The position numbers were made by a program, and so were the translations under genes. Shown here one piece after another: positions 18,201 through 26,396 of a stretch of 64,000 bases of DNA. Position 1 is the first letter of the stretch, and every line of letters starts with the position of its first letter. Location: the IMG/VR virus record IMGVR_UViG_3300031237_000251; one strand, given 5' to 3'. The notes under the pieces are model-generated. The model was not told the DNA's origin, did no database searches, and worked only from the letters and a program-made list of their open reading frames with translations. The stretch comes from a virus.

Positions 18201-21033
18201 AGGCGTCCCCGTTCTTCTCGACTGCGCGGACCGTGACGCTCCAGCGCCCTTCGGGATCTGGCGGGGTGTAGGCGATAACGCGGTCATGCCCACCGTAGCT
18301 CTTCACCACATTGCCGGGGCGGTAGTAGTCGGCGCGCGCCTTGGCTTCGGCCTCCGCTTTCTTCGCCAGCACACCACGGGGTTTCGGCTTGGCCGGCGCC
18401 TTCTCCACGGTACTCAGGGGCGCGGCCTTGGTGGCGGGCGGCTGTTGATCGGTCGACGGCACCTCGCTGGAGGTTGCCGGCTTCGAAAGATCCCCACCAG
18501 CGAGCCAATCCTTGAACTGCTGTACCGATAGGGAGGCGACCGGGCCCACCTTCCAGTCAGGGTCGAAGTTGGAGCGGTAGGCGGCCACGGCCGACGCTTC
18601 ATCCGGATAGCCGAGGATGACCTTGTGCTCATCGAAACTGCCGTCCTGCTGGTGGAGCTGGTCGACGACGAATACTCGATCGCTCTCCGGCTGCGGGCCG
18701 ACATACACGTCGACCTGCTCATTGTCGGAGCCGACGCTGCGCTTGATGTAGCCGTAGTGGTCGCTCATGGTGTGGCGCCATTCGGTGCCATCAGGTCGCA
18801 TGCCGCGGCGCTCGGAGCCGCGGGGATTCTCGATGGAGATATCCAGGCCCTGCATGCGAAAGTGCCCCTTCTTGTAGTTCCCGGCCTCGATTTGGGCGTG
18901 GCTGGGCTCTGGCAGATCGTTGTGCGGCGAGGTGGCCGCCTCATGCGCGGCGTTGTCTATCTCGGCCGAGCGCGAATCGGCTTCTTCTGCAGAGCTTGGC
19001 GCCGGCTGGCCTCCCGGCTGCTCGGGCTCACTGGTGGTCGGCGCCTGCTGCTCGGGCTGCTTAATGGGCTCTTGATCGACTGCCGGAGTTTCGGCTTTCG
19101 CGCCAACAGTGTCGGGTGCCGCGTCGTTGACGGGCATTTGATCGGTGGCCGGCTGCGGCGCCTTGGCCGCCTCGAACGGCTCGAGCGCCTGGCGCAAGCG
19201 GGCGCGCTCCTTGCTCAGGTGCGTATTCCAGCCGCCAGTCGTGCGGGCCTGGTTCTCGACATAAGCGAGCTGGTCGCGCAGCGCTTGCTCCTGCTGGGCC
19301 TGCTGGTCCTCCTGCACGCGGGAAGCAGCCGCATCGAGCCGCTGCTGCTGACCATCGGTGACAGCCTGGCCTTCCAACTGCTGCCGCTGGGCCCGGGCCT
19401 GCAGCTCCAGGCTGCGCTGGCGGCGCCCTTCGGCATTGTCGCCATTGAGGCGGGCAGCCTTCGCCGCCTGACGCGCCTCGGCCTCCTGGCGGCGCAGCGC
19501 TTCGGCGGAGCTCGCGGTGTCGGCCGGTACCGGCTGGTCGAGCAGCTCGGCAGCGGTCTTGCCGGTGACGCGCCAGGCGTTGCCGTCCTGCACCACCTTG
19601 TACTCGTCGGCAGCATCCAGCTTGGCGCGGGCTCTCTCGGCGCCCTGGCGGCTCAGGTAGCGGGCCTTGGTGGTCCGCGCCTCGCTATCGTCCGGCGCCA
19701 GCGTGGCCGGCTGGGAGGGGGCGGCAGCGGCCGGCGCGGGCGTCCCGGCGTCGGTGGCCACTGGTTGCCCTTGCGGCTGGGCGTCCGGCTGACCGAGCTT
19801 GCCGGTGTCCAGTACCGGCGGGGCGCTCTGCCAGCCCACCGGGCTGCCGGCCTTGGCGAACAGCTGCTGGCTGACCTTCTGCGGGTCGACCGCCGGGGCC
19901 TTGGCGCTCCAGTCCGGCTGGGAGGTGTTCAGATCCACCTGCTGCGCGATTCGCGCGGCATCCAGCAGCGGCGGCGCCGTGAGGCCGGCGGCCTGGTCGA
20001 TTCGCTGGGTGTCCAGCACCGGGGCCGGGGTCGGCAGCAGGTTCGCGGCGCGCGACAGCGGGCCGTTGTTCGGATTCGGCCGCGGCACCGGGGCCGGGCT
20101 CGGGTTCTCCACGCTCGGCGCCGGCTGCACGCTGTCCTCGGTCTTCGGCGTGGCGGCCGGCAGCGCGCCGAAGCCGGCGCCCATCGCACCTCCCGTCACC
20201 AGCCCAGTAGCCGCCGCATTGCCGACGCCCTCGCCCAGCGGCTTGCCCAGCGCATAGTTCTGCAGCCCCTGCTCGGCGACCGACTGCGGCATCTCCTGCA
20301 GGGCGCCCTCGACCGCGGCCCCGCCGGCCAGGCGCGCCGGCAGGCCTCGGGCTCCGGCATTCTTCGCGCCCTCAACCAGAGCCGTATCCAGATCGCCCAG
20401 GCCCAGCTTCTGCCCGACCTTCGCCCCGCCCGCGCCGACCGCCCCGCCGATCAGGCCGGTGCCGGCCGCGGCCAGCTGCTGCTCGGGGGTAAGTAGGCCG
20501 TCCGGGGTCTGCTGGCGGATGTTCTCCGCGGCAGAGCCGGCCATGACAGTCCCCTCGCCCGCCGCGCCGGCCGCCCAGGGCGCCAGCTTTGGCGCCACTG
20601 CGCTGATGCCCCGGCCGGCCACGCCGCCGGCCAGCATGGGAGGCAGCGACTCGGCAACGGTGTGCGGGATCACGCTCGGGTTGTCGGCGATCGCCTTGGC
20701 GGTGTCGACGAAGCCATCCGCCTGGGCGACGTTGCGATTGGCGGCCTGCTGCTCGGGGCTCAGGTAGCTGTCGAGGATCTGCTTGGCCTCCTTGGGGCGG
20801 AAGCCGAGGCCTTCGGCGGTCTTGCCGGCGGCGCCGCCGGTAGCGATATCGGCCAGACCGACTGCCGTTTCCGGTACCGCGATCGTCCCTTTCAGCAGGG
20901 AGATGCCGGTGTCGCCCAGCCCGCGGCGGATGAGCCCGGATTTCTTCGGCTCCAGATCGTTGAACAGGCCGCTGCCGCCCTCGGTGCCGGTGGTTTGCTG
21001 GCCTTTCGGCTCCAGATCGTCAAAAAGTCCCAT
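12136..21033 (-). CDS. Giant polyvalent (DarB-like) virion-ejected protein: InPase-like, N6-methyltransferase, zincin, ART-like and PBECR-like domains
   Basis: YGYIKRSVGSDNEQVDVYVG (~18700-18760), VLEPSAGMG and IIMNPPF (~14700-15400), RHEILGH (~14350), FRHWFGDSK...PFYH (~13450-13860), DFVWG...GLSHI (~13000-13420). Confidence 0.85.
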   Translation of the reverse strand: MGLFDDLEPKGQQTTGTEGGSGLFNDLEPKKSGLIRRGLGDTGISLLKGTIAVPETAVGLADIATGGAAGKTAEGLGFRPKEAKQILDSYLSPEQQAANRNVAQADGFVDTAKAIADNPSVIPHTVAESLPPMLAGGVAGRGISAVAPKLAPWAAGAAGEGTVMAGSAAENIRQQTPDGLLTPEQQLAAAGTGLIGGAVGAGGAKVGQKLGLGDLDTALVEGAKNAGARGLPARLAGGAAVEGALQEMPQSVAEQGLQNYALGKPLGEGVGNAAATGLVTGGAMGAGFGALPAATPKTEDSVQPAPSVENPSPAPVPRPNPNNGPLSRAANLLPTPAPVLDTQRIDQAAGLTAPPLLDAARIAQQVDLNTSQPDWSAKAPAVDPQKVSQQLFAKAGSPVGWQSAPPVLDTGKLGQPDAQPQGQPVATDAGTPAPAAAAPSQPATLAPDDSEARTTKARYLSRQGAERARAKLDAADEYKVVQDGNAWRVTGKTAAELLDQPVPADTASSAEALRRQEAEARQAAKAARLNGDNAEGRRQRSLELQARAQRQQLEGQAVTDGQQQRLDAAASRVQEDQQAQQEQALRDQLAYVENQARTTGGWNTHLSKERARLRQALEPFEAAKAPQPATDQMPVNDAAPDTVGAKAETPAVDQEPIKQPEQQAPTTSEPEQPGGQPAPSSAEEADSRSAEIDNAAHEAATSPHNDLPEPSHAQIEAGNYKKGHFRMQGLDISIENPRGSERRGMRPDGTEWRHTMSDHYGYIKRSVGSDNEQVDVYVGPQPESDRVFVVDQLHQQDGSFDEHKVILGYPDEASAVAAYRSNFDPDWKVGPVASLSVQQFKDWLAGGDLSKPATSSEVPSTDQQPPATKAAPLSTVEKAPAKPKPRGVLAKKAEAEAKARADYYRPGNVVKSYGGHDRVIAYTPPDPEGRWSVTVRAVEKNGDAWVDVPNEHERTHATPPDARDLKAGPVDRVATPEAQSIAEFPLNEAAASYSGISHNGNSRAKADADEFNTYIDVARDAGMAIAHTDAQKAAAEQAVTALREEYLQQYRRLMNIRAGTYSGFVAGRSGLNSKQAANRNNALDRAIDTFVSWQKANQDRVRQAVLDARTDEQKAADQTATERARQDKAQHKEDSDRRLMRKILSWKKGGEPVAITKTANLAGVNLGRDGYPTSIKLAPTDGSVLTDDKFDLAALFRERGMSVPASKRRVRELVDAVRAENAAQATEEPATTPPAETAAPAKASDSKTPTLDAHVALMKRVRSGEAKADEFKASFERAESSREAITAELNTMKKDDLLRSGGYSFYHRYRDDKKAEIIEALVGRILDEYALGRSYGSSSFVMSAAGLAAHRKAQDAALRELVANTTDADIQAYAKEIAEARAESAARKEATQKAINDPQSLSDFRSAISHYMEANGETRQQAYLRLTPEQRQRYDELEADSTKTQREQAKARQRAQVATAGQLTTGQVIETKHTKHGHDLFVVQLAERVSREDYDTLNASAKRMGGSYSSYRGNGAVPGFQFRTREAADAFSKLVAGDAADAQAVVQARRDAFDDDRSQSAVQRLRTMADALNERADASLAVERKANTARRARMASNAEAAARADKALAGTMSNLADAIEGGKAKYLDTVRQKVQVEFLARELRNAKDAQIRAKYQSYADQERHRGEPVDAETVDHATFPSYTAMRSDLAGIARQMLEVDGTKKLGARLMSVADDVTEAYTDWAKQNLLEVSRFGRAGELAEFRSRDDAERAIRRSGITDKAIVLPIKRGVNRVILSPSEAMKLGLWAGDGDKRITLNADFGREMVEAIGRRANGKIKLPWALESAYEKRKRLEGMGIFTASEYRAALREFAGIQEAMATPDKIREMERAMIGRRADGLDFFPTSEAVVDSMLDAAEIEPGMAVLEPSAGMGHIADAIREKTGVEPDVVELSGERRELLEAKGYHLAGDDFMAIEPREFFTYGDVFRASDGTEGIMHGGPAWSGRASLHAVNEDGSEGRMLGWYDREDLTGVEQRGSWSGYDRIIMNPPFSKGRDIQHVMHAYGLLRPGGRLVAIMGEGAFFQSNKGAESFRAWLDDLGATSERLPEGSFTDPALPVNTGVNARMVVIDKPKGDPVTATPEDESADARYSRAGLSPSSVVIGNVPKNPISVAEAEAVWQQFLADYNGNIPLTPLIRKTQFELYGPKGTIDRIGVVKGAYHPGRGVFTLAADHLSDTTDARETIRHEILGHFGLDAFKAADKEAFLQRILDSRNEPSLKSTWEYVERIYSDKSRLVQAEEVFAHIAELERSTALRIVDKLRLVLTRLLRLVGLKKRGILTREELLREVEVIAKGIRQGRNLPDGNGSDSRYRRDIVAEALPLPEVGAEINGKQLEDFARALYDSQGTESAFFRHWFGDSKMRTKDGTPVPFYHRSFDPRERFSNARLGGKTGTATAQLGHFFATRDVGNVERYGPFVERFFIKMVKPKTLNMMQFEAMGDWSPERVRTYREQLQADGYDGLWIKGLNWAVAFDGKDVKAVANIGTFDDSDRVRYSLSAMKSVEANIRRGREALAHAVMDKTSVHRAMFRNGLGWLDFVWGSTGRVKPSGKTAGAMGLSHIFEARQRKDKMTEPEVSHLLDQIIETIARGQEIKREEMNGSQTAKIRYRETEAILTRKAGSNPWLVTGWVMRPDAGMAGSGAHTPTHDSPTPAQGTMGADLSTSGTQRDTSRSGSPHDTEGTDKNDAEMVDVNTDTRFRLADFTPDWIGGKAPFQLEKRNIARGLRGKLSDLKPALLGALPLSYLRDFAPKSMTALDQYLEQKRAMDADRNELHTEYDAIAQRWLKLRWTDRQAEHALSDLMHAATLAGIDPSKPFGSRYNPDQRPEYDRLRAQYEALPEGHRAMFNEARDAYRGQIGLLERVIEENIRKSAEFAKRRARRDRGGPRRADRRGSGRGYRDGRETLRASRGGGRERQQRQDPVAAQAV

Positions 21034-21035
21034 GC

Positions 21036-22673
21036 TCAGTTCTCCAGACCACGGCTGTAGGCTTGTTGCAGTCGTTTCTCCACCTCGGCCCGCTTCGATG
21101 GGTCGGCGGCGACGATACGGCGCGCTTGCGCCAGGTCGGCTTGCATCTGCGGGTTGGTCAGTCCGAGGCCCTGGCCGACGACTTGCCCGGTGGTCACGTC
21201 CACCGCGGCCTTGCCGGTGATCGGGGCGCCGGTCGCGTCCTGGCCCAGCACCACGTCCTGCAGGACGTAGCGGTCCTTGGCTGGGGTGGTGAGGGCCGCA
21301 TAGTTGCGTTCGAGCTGGGCGCGCTCGTTGGCGGGCAGGCTCGGGTCGGCCAGCCGGGTGCGGATGGCCTGAACCTGCTGCTGTTGATCCAGCGTCAGCT
21401 GGTTGTTCTGGATTTCCTGCTGCGTCTTCTGGCGATCGAGGGCGCCGGTCTGCTCGGCGTTGACCACCTCGCGCTGCCGAAGCCCAAGCTCCGCCTGCGT
21501 ATTGGCGTTGTTCTGGTTCAGCTCGCGGGCCTTGAGGCGGTTCTCCGCGATCGCCTGGTCGGTACCGTCGCGGCGACGGCGGCGGGCCTCCAGCTCCTGC
21601 CCGAACAGAGAGCCGCGGGTGTTGTCGCCGACCACGGTGAAGTTGCCGGTATCCCCCAGCCCGCCGCGGCTGGCGTCCACCATGCGCTGCCGCTCGGCAT
21701 TGGCGCGGTCGACGCGCTCGATCGCCTGCTGGGCGTCGCCCGCCTGGCCCACGCTTAAGCCGCCGATGCCGTCGCCCATGTTGCCGTCCACCAGCCGCGT
21801 GCCGGCGGCGCCGGCCACGTCGCCCTGCGCGTTGCTGAACTCCATCACGCCCTGGCTATTGCGCCGGCCGACGATGCCGCCGATACCGGTCTGCTGGAAG
21901 CCGTTGCCCTGGGCGGCGGCCGGGGCGCTGGCCTGCTCGGTCGGGGCGCCATTGGCCCCGCCGGTATCCATCGAAGGCGTGCCAGTGACGGAGGCCGGGC
22001 GCGACGGCGCCTGCGGCTGGGCCTTGGCCTGTGGCTGGCTACCGCCTTGTGCCCCCTGCTCAGCCCCGGCGCCCACCGGCTGGGCGCCCAGGGCGGACAG
22101 CAGACCGCGGCCGATCTGCTGCCCACCGGCCGCGATCGGCTGCCAGCCCTCACGCAGGGTCTGCATGGCCGAGTTGTGGAAGCCGCTGGTACCGCCCGGG
22201 AGGGTGTTGGGGTTGCCGCCGGCCAGGCGGGTGATACCGTTGCGGGCAGTGTCCAGCACTGGGGCGGCCACGGCGCCCAGCCCGCCTACCGCGAGCTTGC
22301 CCAGCCCGCTGGCGACATTCAGGCCGGAGTCGATGACCTGCTGGGCGGTACCGGGCTGGCCACCCGACTGCACCGGCAGGGGCGTGCCGCTGATTTCCTG
22401 CCGCACGCGATCCGGGGGCATCTGGTCATAGTTGCCGGCATCTGCCGCGCCCGGCGGGTTGCTGTAGTCGGGCAGGTGCGAGACGCGCAAGCCTCCAACG
22501 GAGACGGTCCCCGGTCCGCCATTGGCGACCGAGGCCAGCGTGGGAGCTGGTGCATTGGATGTGGCGGGTACGCTCGGCGCGGCTGCAGAGCGTGGGGTGA
22601 GGCCAAGGCCGGTGGGCTGTGCCGCGCGCTGGGCGCGGCGTTTCTCTTCGAGGGGGTTCGGATCGGTAGCCAT
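21036..22673 (-). CDS. Putative virion ejection / internal protein
   Basis: Gly/Ala/Gln-rich 545 aa directly upstream of the giant gene, behind a late-motif copy. Confidence 0.7.
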   Translation of the reverse strand: MATDPNPLEEKRRAQRAAQPTGLGLTPRSAAAPSVPATSNAPAPTLASVANGGPGTVSVGGLRVSHLPDYSNPPGAADAGNYDQMPPDRVRQEISGTPLPVQSGGQPGTAQQVIDSGLNVASGLGKLAVGGLGAVAAPVLDTARNGITRLAGGNPNTLPGGTSGFHNSAMQTLREGWQPIAAGGQQIGRGLLSALGAQPVGAGAEQGAQGGSQPQAKAQPQAPSRPASVTGTPSMDTGGANGAPTEQASAPAAAQGNGFQQTGIGGIVGRRNSQGVMEFSNAQGDVAGAAGTRLVDGNMGDGIGGLSVGQAGDAQQAIERVDRANAERQRMVDASRGGLGDTGNFTVVGDNTRGSLFGQELEARRRRRDGTDQAIAENRLKARELNQNNANTQAELGLRQREVVNAEQTGALDRQKTQQEIQNNQLTLDQQQQVQAIRTRLADPSLPANERAQLERNYAALTTPAKDRYVLQDVVLGQDATGAPITGKAAVDVTTGQVVGQGLGLTNPQMQADLAQARRIVAADPSKRAEVEKRLQQAYSRGLEN

Positions 22674-22699
22674 GGGGCGCTCCTGTCACGGAAGCGCCC

Positions 22700-22728
22700 G
22701 AACCTATGTGACTGCCGACGATCGGCAA
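22700..22728 (-). promoter_or_regulatory. Phage late-promoter motif, copy 1
   Basis: TTGC-CGATCGTCGG-CAGTCACATAGGTTC, about 27 nt upstream of ATG 22673. Confidence 0.7.
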
Positions 22729-22757
22729 GGGCAACCGCCTGCTTCGCCTTGCCCAAA

Positions 22758-22773
22758 GTACCTTTTTTGGTAC
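22758..22773. promoter_or_regulatory. Putative TA operator palindrome
   Basis: GTACC-TTTTTT-GGTAC just upstream of the toxin ATG 22783. Confidence 0.55.
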
Positions 22774-22782
22774 ACCATCCCC

Positions 22783-23124
22783 ATGACAGACACCCCTGCC
22801 GTCCTCAGCGTCAAATTCTTCCGCACCGAAGCGGGGAACGAGCCTGTCCGCGAATGGCTAGCCGACCTCCCCAGGGAGCAGCGCCGGCAGGTCGGCACCG
22901 ACATCAAAACCGTCCAGCTCGGCTGGCCCATCGGAATGCCGGTAGTCCGTAAGCTCGACAGCGGACTATGGGAGGTCAGGACGAACCTCGGCGACACCAT
23001 CGCCCGCGTCATCTTTACCGTCGTAGGCGCCGACATGGTGTTGCTCCATGGCTTCATCAAGAAGAGCCAGAAAACCCCAGCAGTCGACCTACAAACGGCC
23101 AGGCAGCGCAAATCCAAACTGTGA
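22783..23124 (+). CDS. RelE/HigB-like (Gp49-type) type II toxin
   Basis: VKFFRTEAGNEPVREWL...GWPIGMPVVRKLDSGLWEVR...ARVIF...VLLHGFIKKSQKTP. Confidence 0.85.
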   Translation: MTDTPAVLSVKFFRTEAGNEPVREWLADLPREQRRQVGTDIKTVQLGWPIGMPVVRKLDSGLWEVRTNLGDTIARVIFTVVGADMVLLHGFIKKSQKTPAVDLQTARQRKSKL

Positions 23125-23132
23125 GGTACAGC

Positions 23133-23435
23133 ATGAACCCGCACATCGGCTCCGACTTCGATGACTTCCTCGCCGAACAAGGCCTGTCGGAAGAGGTTTC
23201 CGCCGCCGCACTCAAACGCGTCATCGCCTGGCAGATCGCCGAGGCCATGAAAGCGCAGCACATCAGCAAGAAGGCCCTGGCCGAGCGCATGCACACTAGC
23301 CGCACCGCCGTGGATCGCGCGCTCGACGAGGACGATTCCGGCATGACCCTCGCCACCCTTGCCAGCGCCGCGCGTGCGCTGAAGCGGCGCGTCGAGATTC
23401 GCCTGCTTCCCGAGGATGGCGCGACGCACGCTTGA
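23133..23435 (+). CDS. XRE-HTH antitoxin (HigA-like)
   Basis: MNPHIGSDFDDFL...HTH ISKKALAERMHTSRTAVDRAL; follows the toxin. Confidence 0.85.
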   Translation: MNPHIGSDFDDFLAEQGLSEEVSAAALKRVIAWQIAEAMKAQHISKKALAERMHTSRTAVDRALDEDDSGMTLATLASAARALKRRVEIRLLPEDGATHA

Positions 23436-23476
23436 GCAGGTGCGAGGCCTGACGCCGAGGCTTGCCGCACACCGGG

Positions 23477-23938
23477 TCAGACTATTTCGGCGGTGTTCGT
23501 GAAGTTCGTCCAGAACGCCGGCAGCGGCGGCGCCACCTGAAACACGGCCTCCAGCAGCGACGGCTCCTCGCCCAGAGCCTCGGTCAGTAGCGCAGTCACG
23601 TCCACCTTGTCCCCCTCGGCCGGGCTGGCGATCGACAGGGAGTGGCGATCGCCGCCCCATATCGCCAGGGTGTACCAGTTCAGGTCGACCGAGTAGCTTG
23701 CCGTGGCATCCCGAAAGACCAGGCCGTAGGCGTCGCCGGCATCCAGCGTGTAGGGCGAGCCGACGCCGCACCAGTTGCGCCCGTTGATGACGGCCGCCGC
23801 CAGCCCGGCGTCGGCTGCCAGGGTGTCGATGGAGGCCACCGGCAGCTGGCCCCAATAGTTCGTGTAGTCCCCCGGTACCGGATCGACCTCGCCGACCTTG
23901 CGCCAGAGCCCATCAATTTCGCGGTTCAGCTGTGCCAT
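23477..23938 (-). CDS. Phage structural-region hypothetical protein
   Basis: Tightly packed co-directional gene with phage-like codon usage. Confidence 0.7.
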   Translation of the reverse strand: MAQLNREIDGLWRKVGEVDPVPGDYTNYWGQLPVASIDTLAADAGLAAAVINGRNWCGVGSPYTLDAGDAYGLVFRDATASYSVDLNWYTLAIWGGDRHSLSIASPAEGDKVDVTALLTEALGEEPSLLEAVFQVAPPLPAFWTNFTNTAEIV

Positions 23939-23950
23939 GTTGCGGCCTCC

Positions 23951-24541
23951 TTACAGTGCACGGGTATCGATGTATTCCATGGCGACCAGGCGCTCGCCCT
24001 CGCCGGTCGTCACCAGCGCACTGGTATCGCCGAACGCGGCATTGCCCCCGGCTGCTGGCGTGGAGACGCGCGTCGAGCCGTCCGCGCTCAGGGTGATGAC
24101 CGCCGGGTCGGGGTAGGTGATCCCAGTGGACGCATCGACCCGCCGCAGGGCGACCAAGGCACCGTCCGGGGTGGCCACGATGGCGCTCTTGGCGATTCGG
24201 TAGGTGACCGAGCCGACCATGCCCGCCAGCTCGACGACATCCGTAGCCGACACCTCCAGCAGGCGCGTGCGGTAGTAGGTGCTCCCGTTGAGGGCCACGC
24301 CCGACAGCGTCACGATCCGCGCCACGTTGCCATTCGCGCCGACCAGCTGCGAAACCCGAAGCGTCGTCTCGGCGCCGGCATGCTGCGCCAGCAGGCCGTC
24401 CACGTCGGCCCCGAGCGAGGCGTCGAGCTGTGCCCCGGCGATCGCCGACTTCGCCAGGACTTCCCGGGTCGCAGGGTCCATCCGCACCAGCACCTTGCCC
24501 GTGCTGATGGTTGCCAGCAAAAAGAGATACGGCTTATCCAT
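23951..24541 (-). CDS. Phage structural-region hypothetical protein
   Basis: Tight operon packing; beta-rich sequence. Confidence 0.7.
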   Translation of the reverse strand: MDKPYLFLLATISTGKVLVRMDPATREVLAKSAIAGAQLDASLGADVDGLLAQHAGAETTLRVSQLVGANGNVARIVTLSGVALNGSTYYRTRLLEVSATDVVELAGMVGSVTYRIAKSAIVATPDGALVALRRVDASTGITYPDPAVITLSADGSTRVSTPAAGGNAAFGDTSALVTTGEGERLVAMEYIDTRAL

Positions 24542-24550
24542 GAACGATCC

Positions 24551-26395
24551 TCATAGGCCGCTACAGATGCTGATATCCCGCAGCGGGTTGCCAAGGTAGA
24601 AGGCCGGCCCCGTCGCGCCGGCCATCACGGTTTGCCAGGTCCGCCCGCCGTCTCGGCTGAGCTTGTACTGGCTGGTGGGCTCCCCGTAGTAGGAGAAAAC
24701 CCAGGCCATCAGCACCGCGGGGCTGCTCTCGGCTTCCGGCTGGACCACGGTGAAACACACGTTGGTGTTGTCGTGCTCGAGCAAGGTGCCGATCAGCCCA
24801 CGGCTTTCCACGAATGACAGGTCACTGGCGCGCAGGACGACCAACTGCCAGTCGATCTCGGCGAAACGGGTACCGGCCTGGCTGCGCGGCGCCGCGACGA
24901 CGCCGATCAGGCCGTAGCCCAGGTACTGCGCGACGCAGTGCTGGGGGGCGCTGGAGTAGCCCAGGTTGTCCTTGTGCCCCCAGGGGCTGTAGGCCCACGA
25001 CAGGCGCGGCCAGAACGGCGCGTAGCCGGCCGCCCCCAGCCCGGTCGTCAACTGGTCGCCGGTCGTGGTGAAGAACACCAGCTGAATCGTGTCCGGCTGG
25101 ATGATGGTGCCCGCCTCCCCGGCGGCGCCGCTGGCGGTGAACTGCACGCAGGCCAGGGTGGTGACCGTCTCCTCGCCGTCCTGGGCGGGGCGTCGGTACT
25201 CCAGGCGGTTGAGCGACAGGATGAAGGGAAGCGCGGCGGCGCCAGTCAGCACGTAGCCCGTCAGGGTCTGCTGGTAGGCGGCGCTGGCCTTGGCGATGGT
25301 GGTGACGCTGTACTGCCCGGTCTGCCGGTTGATACGGACCAGCTGCGTGCCCATGGTGTCGGTGTAGGTGTACGCGCCGGCATCGGCCCGCCGCACCGAG
25401 CTGACCACGGCGACCAGGCGATCGTCCGCGTCGGCCATGCCCACATCGGCGATCCGATGATCCAGCCAGAGCGAACCATCCAGCGGATCGGGGACCGGCC
25501 GCAGATCCGGGTTCGGGTTCTGCGAGGCGGGCACGAAGATGCCCCAGCGCGGCAGCAGCCAGCGGTTCAGTACATCCCCCTCGCCCTCGGGAACGGCATG
25601 CCGGGCCCGGAACAGCCCCACCATCCAGCCGTGCTCCAGCACGTCCCAGCCCTTCTCGGCACTCTTCTGCTTGTCGTAGCGGGAGTAGGACGCGGCGATC
25701 ACCACCTCCTCGTACTCCAGCCCATCGCTGTCGTCGGTGACGATCCGCGGCGCGCTGGTCGCCTGGGAGTTGCTGGTATACGGGCGGAAGGTGAACAAGG
25801 CGTCCCCGGCCCACTGCTGGAAAAAGGCGTCGGTGAACAGGTAGTTCATCTGCGCATCGAGGCGCGGCGTGGTCTGCTTGTTGATCGGCGTGCGGCCGTT
25901 GACCGCCCGGGCGAACACCATGTAGCTGGTGTTCTCGTCGGCCGTCTGCCGGTCCATCGAGCGCTCGGTGGCCATGACATAGCCGCTGTTCCAATTCGTC
26001 TGCCCGGCGCCGGCCCCGTAGGGCGTTGGGATATCCCCGGTCGAGGCAAAACCGCTGGCAGTGGCGATCAGCACGTTCTCGCCGGTGATGGTCAGCACCT
26101 CGGGCGGCGCGGGCGGCTCCAGGGTCGGCAGCAGGTCGCCGCGGGTCAGGTGGCGGGCCAGGTGGGGAAAGGCGCTGCTCGCGCCCCAGCGATCGCAGAA
26201 CAGCCAGTCGGCCGGCGGCTCGATCGCCGTCACCCGGACCACATCGCCCTTGGCCACGGCGCGCAGGATGAAGCCGTCGTGAAGCTCGTTCATCACGCCG
26301 CCGCCGCGGCGCACCAGCTTCTCGCCCAGCCGGCGGGCCTGTTGGCGCAGCTTCGCCGCGGCGCCACTGGTCGGCCGGTAGATGATCTTGGCCAC
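24551..26395 (-). CDS. Putative tail / baseplate protein
   Basis: GTG start at 26395 (MAKIIYRPT...) right after the upstream stop; beta-strand-rich, 614 aa. Confidence 0.7.
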   Translation of the reverse strand: MAKIIYRPTSGAAAKLRQQARRLGEKLVRRGGGVMNELHDGFILRAVAKGDVVRVTAIEPPADWLFCDRWGASSAFPHLARHLTRGDLLPTLEPPAPPEVLTITGENVLIATASGFASTGDIPTPYGAGAGQTNWNSGYVMATERSMDRQTADENTSYMVFARAVNGRTPINKQTTPRLDAQMNYLFTDAFFQQWAGDALFTFRPYTSNSQATSAPRIVTDDSDGLEYEEVVIAASYSRYDKQKSAEKGWDVLEHGWMVGLFRARHAVPEGEGDVLNRWLLPRWGIFVPASQNPNPDLRPVPDPLDGSLWLDHRIADVGMADADDRLVAVVSSVRRADAGAYTYTDTMGTQLVRINRQTGQYSVTTIAKASAAYQQTLTGYVLTGAAALPFILSLNRLEYRRPAQDGEETVTTLACVQFTASGAAGEAGTIIQPDTIQLVFFTTTGDQLTTGLGAAGYAPFWPRLSWAYSPWGHKDNLGYSSAPQHCVAQYLGYGLIGVVAAPRSQAGTRFAEIDWQLVVLRASDLSFVESRGLIGTLLEHDNTNVCFTVVQPEAESSPAVLMAWVFSYYGEPTSQYKLSRDGGRTWQTVMAGATGPAFYLGNPLRDISICSGL

Positions 26396-26396
26396 G

